Shown here piece after piece: positions 53,807-61,019 of a stretch of DNA of 64,000 nucleotides; the first letter of the stretch is position 1, and each line of letters opens with the position of its first letter. The DNA comes from an uncultured Chloroflexia bacterium. GTDB taxonomy: Bacteria; Chloroflexota; Dehalococcoidia; DSTF01; JALHUB01. The stretch lies in contig OY969814.1 of NCBI GenBank assembly GCA_963703345.1, positions 1,088,001 through 1,152,000 of the forward strand, given 5' to 3'. A program made the position numbers and the translations under genes. A model generated the notes under the pieces. It saw only the letters and a program-made list of their open reading frames with translations, was not told where the DNA came from and did no database searches.

Positions 53807-54748
53807 GTGCGCGCGGCCGTTACGGGCGGCTCCGGCTTCATCGGCTCCCACGTCGTCGACGCCCTGATCGCTGCCGGCCACGACGTCGTCACGCTCGACC
53901 CCCGGCCGCCGCACCGTCCCGATGCCGGCCACGCGCCCGCGGACATCCGCGACGTGCCGTCGCTCGTCGAGGCGACCGCCGGCTGCGACGTTCTCTTCCA
54001 CCTCGCCGCTGTCGCCGACGTAAACGACGTTGCCCGCGACCCGGTCGGCGCCGTCGACCTGAATGTCGGCGGCACGGCGCGCGTCCTCGAAGCGGCGCGG
54101 CGGAACGGGGTGAAGCGCGTGGTCCTGGCGAGCACTGTCTGGGTCTACTCGTCGGCGGCTGCCCCGGAAGGCGCCGTCGTCGACGAAGAGACGCCTTTCG
54201 CTGCCGACGCCAGCCGCCACGTCTACACTTCATCGAAGCTGGCGGCGGAGATGCTCTGCCACGACTATTGGAACGCCTACCAGCTTCCCTTCACAATTCT
54301 GCGCTACGGCATCCCGTACGGCCCCCGCATGCGGCCGGCCCTCGTCATACCGATCTTCGTGCGAAAGGCGTTGGCCGGCGAAGCGCTGACGGTCGCCGGC
54401 GACGGCAGCCAGCACCGCAAGTTCGTTTACGTCGAGGACCTGGCGCGGGCGCACGTGCTCGCCCTCGACGAGAAGGCCGCGAATCAGACCTACAACGTCG
54501 ACGGCACGGAGAAGATAACCATCCTGCGCATCGCCGAGACGGTCCTGCGCCTGACCGGCTCGGCGCGGCCCATCGAGTTCATGCCCGCGCGCGGCGGCGA
54601 CTACGCCGGTAGGGAGGTATCGAGCGAGAAGGCGCGCCGCGAGCTTGGCTGGCAGGCAGAAATCGACTTCGAGGAAGGCATGCGGCGGACGGTCCCCTGG
54701 ATCATCGATAGTCTCGCCGAAGGGGCAAAGCTGTCCGCCCGAAGCTGA
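53807..54748 (+). CDS. NAD-dependent epimerase/dehydratase
   Basis: VTGGSGFIGSH, YTSSK, YGP. Confidence 0.92.
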   Translation: MRAAVTGGSGFIGSHVVDALIAAGHDVVTLDPRPPHRPDAGHAPADIRDVPSLVEATAGCDVLFHLAAVADVNDVARDPVGAVDLNVGGTARVLEAARRNGVKRVVLASTVWVYSSAAAPEGAVVDEETPFAADASRHVYTSSKLAAEMLCHDYWNAYQLPFTILRYGIPYGPRMRPALVIPIFVRKALAGEALTVAGDGSQHRKFVYVEDLARAHVLALDEKAANQTYNVDGTEKITILRIAETVLRLTGSARPIEFMPARGGDYAGREVSSEKARRELGWQAEIDFEEGMRRTVPWIIDSLAEGAKLSARS

Positions 54749-56814
54749 TGAGAGACGTAGCCGTCTCCGAGACCGCGCTCCCCGAAGGGACCCGGCAGCC
54801 GCGTCTCATCGCGGTCATGCCCGCCTACAACGAAGAAGCCACCATCACCTCCGTCCTCGACCGCCTGGAGCCCCTTGTCGACGAGATCCTCGTCGTCGAT
54901 GACGGCTCCAGCGACCACACCCGCGAGCTCGTCTTCAACTGGACCCGCACGCGCGAGAACGCCCATGCCGTCTTCCTCAAGGAGAACCAGGGCATGTCCG
55001 AGGCCTACTACGTCGCTTTCCGACGCCTCGGGCAGCGGCTCGCGGCCGGTGAGCTACGCGCCGACGACGTCGTTCTGACTATCGACGCGGACGGCCAGCA
55101 CGAGCCAGCGGAGATCGAAGCGCTCCTTAACCGCCTCAACGAGGGGTTCGACGCCGTCATCGCCCGCCGCGACCTCTCCACTTACACGCGCTACAAGCGC
55201 CTGGGCAACTGGCTGATGTCGCTCTGGGCCTCGGCGTGGGCCGGCAAGCGGCTCTACGACGTCGAGTCCGGCTTCCGCGTCTTTCGCCTCGGCGCTCTGC
55301 TGGCGGCCCTGGAGTACTACCGCGGCTACAAGTACAGCGAGACCGTCGAGGTCGCCGTCATCCTGCCGCGCCTCGGCTACCGCGTCGCCAACGACGTGAT
55401 CGTGCCGGTGCCGCTCTTCCGCTCCCGCACCCGCATCAAAGACCTCGCCATCGACGTCGCGGCGATACCCTGGGCCTGGTGGCGGCTCATCGCCTGGCGC
55501 ACGCTGCCGAAGGACATGCCGCGCTGGTCTTATATCCTCACCCTCTTCGCGCCGCTGGCGCTGCTGTTCATGGCCGTCAACCTGCTGATCAACCGCATCT
55601 TCCTCGGCGACGACTCCGTGCACAACTACGCCCACATCTGGTACATCAGCGATCAGATCTTCAACCATGCCCGCCTGCCGCTGCACGTCGCGTTGCTGGA
55701 CGGCGGGCGCGCCGTCGCCTTCCCTTACGCCTTCACGCCGTTCCTTGCCGGCGCCGTCGGCTTCCGCGTCTTCGGCGACTGGGCGGTCTCCGCGATGATG
55801 GCAGTCGCCCTGCTTGGCACCGTTTGGGCGGTGGGCAAGGCCCATCCGGTCATGCGCAATCCCTGGGTCATGCTCGTCTTCGTCCTGAACCCGTTCCTCA
55901 TCGACGCCGTTTACACGTTCCAGTTCGCGACGCTCTGGAGCGCGCTCTTCTTCTTCCTCTTCATGTGGTCGATGGACCAGCGGCGCCACCTGCTGTCGGC
56001 CCTGCTCCTCTGGCTGACCATCAGCGCTCATCCGATAATGGGCAGCTTCGCCGTCGGCGGCTATGCGCTCTGGTACCTTATCATCGACCGGGCGAGGCTG
56101 CGACCACTGGCGTTCATCTCGGTGCCGGTCGGCGTGGCGCTCATCCCCATCTTCTGGATGATGCTGCAGACGCCTTCCGTCGGCGAGAACTCCCTGAAGA
56201 CGGTCACGCTCTCCGTTCTCGACGTCCTGCCCCGTCGCGGCACGATATTCTGGGCGCCGTTCCTCTGCGCCACCTTCGCCCCGTTGCTCCGCAGCTATTT
56301 CCGGCCGACCCTGCTCATATTCGCCGGCCTGGTCGCCCTCGGGGTGATGATGGCGACCGGACCGCTGCGCGTCAGCTACGGCAGCTACTACGGCGCCCTT
56401 CACTTCAGCGACGACATCTACGCCGCCTACTTCCAGTCGCCGCAGTTCCATCCCGGCGCGACCTACCGCGTCGTGGAGCCGAACGACCGCGAGGACGGCA
56501 TGTACCGCTTCATCCGCCACGGCGCGGTGCTCTCGAACGAGTTCTTCAGCGAGAGCATGTTCCGTCGCAACTGGACAAACGACCAGTACGCCTGCTTCCT
56601 GGCCTTCAAGCAGGTCGATTACGTCGTGATTGAGGGCGCCTTCATGGCGAACTCGCCGACGAACGAGCAGGCCGTGCTGGAGGGGCTCGTTTCGTCCGGC
56701 AAGGCGCAGAGCATCTACCTCGATCCGCAAGGCAAGTTCACCGTCTATGACGTCCGTCCTTACGTCGCGGCCCAGGCGAAGCCGTCCAGCCTCGACGCCT
56801 GCGGGATGTATTGA
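54748..56814 (+). CDS. GT2 polyprenol-phosphate glycosyltransferase fused to a multi-transmembrane (GT-C-like) domain
   Basis: PAYNEE, VVDDGSSD, DADGQH, DVESGFR, followed by many hydrophobic segments with GDDSVHNY in the first loop. Confidence 0.8.
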   Translation: MRDVAVSETALPEGTRQPRLIAVMPAYNEEATITSVLDRLEPLVDEILVVDDGSSDHTRELVFNWTRTRENAHAVFLKENQGMSEAYYVAFRRLGQRLAAGELRADDVVLTIDADGQHEPAEIEALLNRLNEGFDAVIARRDLSTYTRYKRLGNWLMSLWASAWAGKRLYDVESGFRVFRLGALLAALEYYRGYKYSETVEVAVILPRLGYRVANDVIVPVPLFRSRTRIKDLAIDVAAIPWAWWRLIAWRTLPKDMPRWSYILTLFAPLALLFMAVNLLINRIFLGDDSVHNYAHIWYISDQIFNHARLPLHVALLDGGRAVAFPYAFTPFLAGAVGFRVFGDWAVSAMMAVALLGTVWAVGKAHPVMRNPWVMLVFVLNPFLIDAVYTFQFATLWSALFFFLFMWSMDQRRHLLSALLLWLTISAHPIMGSFAVGGYALWYLIIDRARLRPLAFISVPVGVALIPIFWMMLQTPSVGENSLKTVTLSVLDVLPRRGTIFWAPFLCATFAPLLRSYFRPTLLIFAGLVALGVMMATGPLRVSYGSYYGALHFSDDIYAAYFQSPQFHPGATYRVVEPNDREDGMYRFIRHGAVLSNEFFSESMFRRNWTNDQYACFLAFKQVDYVVIEGAFMANSPTNEQAVLEGLVSSGKAQSIYLDPQGKFTVYDVRPYVAAQAKPSSLDACGMY

Positions 56815-56815
56815 G

Positions 56816-58093
56816 ATGAGAGCGCTGAAGACGCTGCTTCTGGACTGGTGGCAGCTCGTGCGGTCGGGCCGGGCGCGGCCCTACCTGCTGATAACGCTGC
56901 TCGTCGATGGCGCCTTCGTGTTCGTTTTCCTCGTCGCTATCCAATCCTACCTGCCGGAGCAGCACGGCATGAGCGCCGCCTGGCCCGGCTACGCCCTGGC
57001 GGTCTACGGCGCCGCCAAGCTGGCCGCCCAGCTCTTCGCCGGACGCCTCATCGACCACGCCGGCGGCAAACGGGGCCTCCTCTACGGACTCATCCTGATC
57101 CTCGCCGGCCAGGCTATGCTGCTGCCGGCGGCGTCTGCCCCGGCTGCCGTCTTCCCGGCCGCTGCGGTCTACGGGACCGGCGCCGCCGTGCTCTGGCCCG
57201 CTCTTTTCGCCCTCGCGAGCGGCTCTTTCGCCGAGTCGGAGCGCGCTCGCCTCACGTCGGCAATGATGCTGACGACGGGCCTCGCCCTGGCGATGGGTCT
57301 GGGACTCGGCTTCCTGCTGCCGCCCCGCTTTCCTTACGTCGCGGCGGCGGCTCTCGCCCTCGGCGTCATAGGCGTCGCCTTCCTCTTCGCGATACGCAGT
57401 CGCCCCGAACAGGCGACGGCTCAGGCGACCACGGTGCCAGCGAAGGGCTCGCTGCGGACGGTCGCGCGCGATGTGCTGCAGCCGCAGCGACTCGCCTTCT
57501 CGCTGATCGTCCTGCTGCAGGCGGTGGCGGTCGGCGCGCTGCTGGCCGTCTTCCGCTCCTACGGCCGCGACTTCCTTGACGTGTCGCTGCGCTCGGAGGC
57601 GCTGATCCTGGCGCCGGGCGCGCTTGCGGCTGCGGCTTCCGTGGCTGTCGGCGGCGTGCTCGCCGACCGCTTCGGGCGTGGGCGCCTGCTTACCGCGGGA
57701 TACCTCATCGCCGCGCCGGCGTTCCTCATCCTTGCCGGCGTGAAGACGCCCGCCGTCGTTGCCGCCGTCGTGGCCGTGGCGGGTGTTGGCCTCGGCCTGG
57801 CGCTGCCTTCCATAACCGCCACTTCGATGGACCTGTCCCACAAGGCCGGCCAGGGCACGCTGCTCTCCTGGTTCATGGCCGTCGAGGGACTTGGGCACGC
57901 CATTGGCCCGGCGCTCGGCGGCTACGTGACCGATGCCGGCGACGTCGAGGCGGTTCTCCGCATGGCGGGCGCGCTTTTCGCCCTGCTGGCTCTGGCGGCG
58001 ATAGCTCTCTCCCTGGCGCTGGCGCCGCGGCGGGCCGGCGCCCCGAAAGAGGCGGAGCCCGTCCTCGTCGGGCGGCTGGAGGACGGTTTGTGA
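56816..58093 (+). CDS. MFS transporter
   Basis: About 12 transmembrane segments; GRLIDHAGGKR and GVLADRFGR (MFS motif A). Confidence 0.88.
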   Translation: MRALKTLLLDWWQLVRSGRARPYLLITLLVDGAFVFVFLVAIQSYLPEQHGMSAAWPGYALAVYGAAKLAAQLFAGRLIDHAGGKRGLLYGLILILAGQAMLLPAASAPAAVFPAAAVYGTGAAVLWPALFALASGSFAESERARLTSAMMLTTGLALAMGLGLGFLLPPRFPYVAAAALALGVIGVAFLFAIRSRPEQATAQATTVPAKGSLRTVARDVLQPQRLAFSLIVLLQAVAVGALLAVFRSYGRDFLDVSLRSEALILAPGALAAAASVAVGGVLADRFGRGRLLTAGYLIAAPAFLILAGVKTPAVVAAVVAVAGVGLGLALPSITATSMDLSHKAGQGTLLSWFMAVEGLGHAIGPALGGYVTDAGDVEAVLRMAGALFALLALAAIALSLALAPRRAGAPKEAEPVLVGRLEDGL

Positions 58094-58102
58094 GCGAGAG
58101 CG

Positions 58103-58855
58103 ATGATCTGGAAGATCGGTCTACCACTGCTTCTCGTCGCCGGACTGGTCGGCCTGGCCTACTACTGGGCCATCTCGCCGTCGTCGCAGGTCTACGGATC
58201 GATAACGACGCACGGACCGCGCCAGGAGAAGCTGGTCGCCCTTACGTTCGACGACGGCCCGAATCCGCCCTGGACGAACCAGATCGCCGACGTGCTGGCG
58301 CAGTACGACGTCAAAGCGACCTTCTTCGTCGTCGGCGCCAACGCGGATGCCGCGCCCGACATCGTGCGGACGCTCGTGCAGGAGGGACATCTCGTGGGTA
58401 ACCACTCGTACGAGCACCGCAAGCGCGACGCGCTCCTCGAGCCGCGCTATGGCGAGCTGTCGAAGGCCGAAGCGAGCATCGCCAAGGCGGCGGGCGTTTG
58501 TCCGGCGCTGTTCCGTCCGCCGAACGGCTTCCACACGCCCTGGCAATTGCACGAGGTCGCGTCGGAAGGGATGCGCGCGGTCGATTGGGACGTGCAGCCC
58601 TCCGACTGGGAGGACCCGACGCCGGAGACCATCGTGAAGCGCGTCCTCGACGGCGTCAAGCCAGGCTCCATCATCCTCCTGCACGACGGCAGCGACGCGA
58701 ACCAGGGCGTCGACCGCTCGGCGACTCTCAACGCCCTGCCCGGCATCATCCAGGGGCTCCGCGACGAAGGCTACCGCTTCGTCCGCCTTGACGAGCTCCT
58801 TTCCGTCCAGCCCTATCTCTCCCAGTGTCCACAAGCGGAGGTGAGCACCCCATGA
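58103..58855 (+). CDS. Polysaccharide deacetylase (CE4/NodB), membrane-anchored
   Basis: LTFDDGP, GNHSYEH, FRPPNG, IILLHD. Confidence 0.92.
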   Translation: MIWKIGLPLLLVAGLVGLAYYWAISPSSQVYGSITTHGPRQEKLVALTFDDGPNPPWTNQIADVLAQYDVKATFFVVGANADAAPDIVRTLVQEGHLVGNHSYEHRKRDALLEPRYGELSKAEASIAKAAGVCPALFRPPNGFHTPWQLHEVASEGMRAVDWDVQPSDWEDPTPETIVKRVLDGVKPGSIILLHDGSDANQGVDRSATLNALPGIIQGLRDEGYRFVRLDELLSVQPYLSQCPQAEVSTP

Positions 58856-59823
58856 ACCGAAGACAACTAAGTCGCGAGCAGCAAAGCGTTCTGGTCACAG
58901 GCGGCGCCGGCTTCATCGGCTCCCATATCGCCGCCGCTCTCCTCATGTCCGGCCGCCGCGTCGAGGTGTTGGACAACCTGAGTGTCGGCAATCCGGGCCG
59001 CGTCCCGGCCGGCGCGCGCTTCCACCTTGGCGACGTGCGCTCGGAGTCGGACCTGCGACGCGTCTTCGGCCGCAAGCAGTTCGACGCGGTGGTCCATTGC
59101 GCCGCCCAGACCAGCGTAGAGCGCTCCATGAAGGACCCGCAGTTGGACAGGGAGATAAACGCTCTCGGTACGAAGCGCCTGGCGAGCATAGCCGAGGCGT
59201 CGGGTGTGAAGCGCTTCATTTTCGCTTCATCCGGCGGCGCCATCTATGGCGAGTCCGACGTTGCGGCGACGGAAGAGACGCCACCGGCGCCGCGCAGCTT
59301 CTACGGACGCCACAAGCAGGAGGCCGAGCGTCTTCTCCTGTCCGGCCGCATCCCGAGCGCCGTCCTGCGCCTGTCTAACGTCTACGGGCCGGGCCAGCGC
59401 TCCGACGCGGAGGGCGGCGTCGTCGCCATCTTCCTCGAGCGACTTGCCGCCGGCGCGCCTCTGGACTTGCATGGCGGCGGCAGCCAGGTGCGCGACTTCG
59501 TGCACGTCTCCGACGTCGTGAAGGCGGCCCTGCTGTCGCTGGAGGACGGCCTGACCGGCGTCTGGAACGTCGCTAGCGGCCAGGCGACGAGCGTCCTCGG
59601 TCTCGTGGACGACCTTGCCGCCCTGACGGGTCGGGCGGTGAGCCTGCGCCACCTGCCGCGTCGCGCCGGCGACGTCGATTGCTCCCTGATCGCCCCGGGC
59701 AAGCTTCAGTCGACCGGCTGGGGCCCGCCGCTGCCGCTCGCCGAGGGGCTTCGCCTGATGCTGGCCGATTCCGGCGTCGCTGTCGGGACCGAAGTGAGCA
59801 GCACGACCCTCCAGCCTGCATAG
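58852..59823 (+). CDS. NAD-dependent epimerase (UDP-glucose 4-epimerase-like)
   Basis: VTGGAGFIGSH, SSGGAIYG, YGRHK, NVYGPGQ, RDFVHVSDV. Confidence 0.92.
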   Translation: MNRRQLSREQQSVLVTGGAGFIGSHIAAALLMSGRRVEVLDNLSVGNPGRVPAGARFHLGDVRSESDLRRVFGRKQFDAVVHCAAQTSVERSMKDPQLDREINALGTKRLASIAEASGVKRFIFASSGGAIYGESDVAATEETPPAPRSFYGRHKQEAERLLLSGRIPSAVLRLSNVYGPGQRSDAEGGVVAIFLERLAAGAPLDLHGGGSQVRDFVHVSDVVKAALLSLEDGLTGVWNVASGQATSVLGLVDDLAALTGRAVSLRHLPRRAGDVDCSLIAPGKLQSTGWGPPLPLAEGLRLMLADSGVAVGTEVSSTTLQPA

Positions 59824-59856
59824 CCTCCGCTCTGACTGCAGGCGCGGCCTTCCAGC

Positions 59857-59885
59857 TTGAAAGGCGGGACGGCCCATGCTAACAT
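59857..59885 (+). promoter_or_regulatory. Sigma70 promoter of the interrupted tRNA-Ser copy
   Basis: TTGAAA-17 bp-TAACAT with an extended -10 TG; duplicated at 60412-60440. Confidence 0.7.
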
Positions 59886-59894
59886 CGACCTCGC

Positions 59895-60007
59895 GGAGGG
59901 ATCGCATAGTGGTCTAGTGCGGCCGCCTGCTAAGCGGTTACCCTGGGAAACTGGGGTCATGGGTTCCCGCCTAGGCGGGCCCGTCCGGGCGAATCCCATT
60001 CCGCCCT
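59895..60007 (+). pseudogene. tRNA-Ser(GCT) copy with a 24-nt T-loop insertion and altered acceptor 3' strand
   Basis: 59895-59966 is identical to the first 72 nt of the intact tRNA. Insert CCGCCTAGGCGGGCCCGTCCGGGC (59967-59990) lies between GGGTTC and GAATCCC; no CCA. Confidence 0.85.
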
Positions 60008-60332
60008 GCCGTATCCGACGAGGAGAGTTCCTCTTGTTCTACGTCTATGTGGTTCGGAGCGAGAAGGATGGCCGCCTGTACACGGGAATGACTTCCGATC
60101 TCCCACGACGACTTAATGAACATAATAGAGGCACGACTACCTCGCTTCGCGGACGTCGGCCCGTCAGACTTGTGTACAGTGAAGAATACGCCACCAGGTC
60201 TGAGGCTTTGGCAAGGGAACATTATTTCAAGACACCGGAAGGTGGAGTGCTGAAACAGCGGTTGGTCTCCGCGGTGGAAGAAGAAGACCGCTAAAACGTG
60301 GCCACGGGTTACCGTCTGGGCCCCCTCCGCGC
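59967..60332 (+). mobile_element. Putative tRNA-T-loop GIY-YIG cassette, unit 1
   Basis: GIY-YIG gene bracketed by hairpin-containing tRNA T-arm repeats. Removing this span rejoins GGGTTC to AAATCCCATTCCCTCCGCC. Confidence 0.6.
60034..60294 (+). CDS. Small stand-alone GIY-YIG nuclease (86 aa), copy 1
   Basis: FYVYVVRS...LYTG...RRLNEHN...EALARE; TTG start with AGGAG at 60021. Confidence 0.9.
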   Translation: MFYVYVVRSEKDGRLYTGMTSDLPRRLNEHNRGTTTSLRGRRPVRLVYSEEYATRSEALAREHYFKTPEGGVLKQRLVSAVEEEDR

Positions 60333-60351
60333 AAATCCCATTCCCTCCGCC
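60298..60351 (+). repeat. Degenerate tRNA-Ser T-arm/acceptor repeat with eroded insertion
   Basis: CACGGGTT-accgtctgggccccctccgcg-CAAATCCCATTCCCTCCGCC. Confidence 0.75.
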
Positions 60352-60411
60352 CGTGCTACCCTCGCAGGCCGCCTACCCTCCATCCCTGACCGGGAGCCGC
60401 ACTTCTCCAGC

Positions 60412-60440
60412 TTGAAAGGCGCGCGGCCCCATGCTAACAT
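60412..60440 (+). promoter_or_regulatory. Sigma70 promoter of the intact tRNA-Ser
   Basis: TTGAAA-17 bp-TAACAT with extended -10. Confidence 0.7.
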
Positions 60441-60449
60441 CGACTTCGC

Positions 60450-60541
60450 GGAGGGATCGCATAGTGGTCTAGTGCGGCCGCCTGCTAAGCGGTTACCCTG
60501 GGAAACTGGGGTCATGGGTTCGAATCCCATTCCCTCCGCCA
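60450..60541 (+). tRNA. tRNA-Ser(GCT), intact, 92 nt
   Basis: GGAGGGA/TCCCTCC acceptor stem, CCGC-CTGCTAA-GCGG anticodon arm, long variable arm, GGGTTCGAATCCC T-arm, GCCA end. Confidence 0.96.
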
Positions 60542-60553
60542 GCCGGTCACTAA

Positions 60554-60613
60554 TGGGAAACTGGGGGTCGTGGGTTCCCGCCTTGGTGGGCCCGTCTGGG
60601 CGAATCCCATTCC
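60554..60613 (+). repeat. tRNA-Ser variable-arm/T-arm fragment with the 24-nt hairpin insertion
   Basis: TGGGAAACTGGGGGTCGTGGGTTC-CCGCCTTGGTGGGCCCGTCTGGGC-GAATCCCATTCC. Confidence 0.85.
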
Positions 60614-60948
60614 GCATGCCGCACTCAGGCGGCGGCGGCCCTTTGTGTTCTATGTCTACGTCGTTCGGAGTGTGAAGGACGGTCGCCTGTATACCGGAAC
60701 GACAGGTGACCTTCGGCGGGGGCTTAATGAACACAATCGAGGCAAGACCAGCTCGCTTCGTGGAAGGCGGCCTGTAAAGCTGGTGTATAGTGAAGAGTAC
60801 CTAACCAGGGCTGAGGCTCTGGCCCGAGAACGCTACTTCAAGACGCCGGAAGGCGGAGTGGTGAAGAAGCGGCTGGTCTCGGAGGTGGAAAAGAGCGACT
60901 GCGATTGAACGTAGTCATGGGTTCCCGCCTTGGCGGGCCCGTCTGGGC
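60578..60948 (+). mobile_element. Putative tRNA-T-loop GIY-YIG cassette, unit 2
   Basis: Same organisation as unit 1; near-identical 24-nt inserts at 60578-60601 and 60925-60948. Confidence 0.6.
60645..60908 (+). CDS. Small stand-alone GIY-YIG nuclease (87 aa), copy 2
   Basis: FYVYVVRS...LYTG...RRGLNEHN...EALARE; about 80% identical to copy 1 by manual alignment. Confidence 0.88.
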   Translation: MFYVYVVRSVKDGRLYTGTTGDLRRGLNEHNRGKTSSLRGRRPVKLVYSEEYLTRAEALARERYFKTPEGGVVKKRLVSEVEKSDCD

Positions 60949-60968
60949 GAATCCCATTCCCTCCGCCA
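60914..60968 (+). repeat. tRNA-Ser T-arm plus acceptor/CCA fragment with the 24-nt hairpin insertion
   Basis: GTCATGGGTTC-CCGCCTTGGCGGGCCCGTCTGGGC-GAATCCCATTCCCTCCGCCA. Confidence 0.88.
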
Positions 60969-60983
60969 GCAACTCGGACTGAC

Positions 60984-61007
60984 GCCCCTTTCCGGGGCTA
61001 TCTTTTT
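60984..61007 (+). terminator. Intrinsic terminator of the tRNA/GIY-YIG transcript
   Basis: GCCCC-TTTCC-GGGGC hairpin followed by TATCTTTTT. Confidence 0.6.
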
Positions 61008-61019
61008 CGGGAATTCGGA

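Noticed and set aside
59857-60033. N-terminal extensions of the GIY-YIG ORFs in the ORF track (59857 and 60570 starts) and ORF 60298-60675
   Set aside because: These are translations of promoter and tRNA sequence. The nuclease domain begins at FYVYV (60034 and 60645).
59895-60968. CRISPR array interpretation of the recurring repeats
   Set aside because: The repeats are tRNA-Ser fragments at irregular spacing, the intervening DNA encodes proteins, and no cas genes are present.
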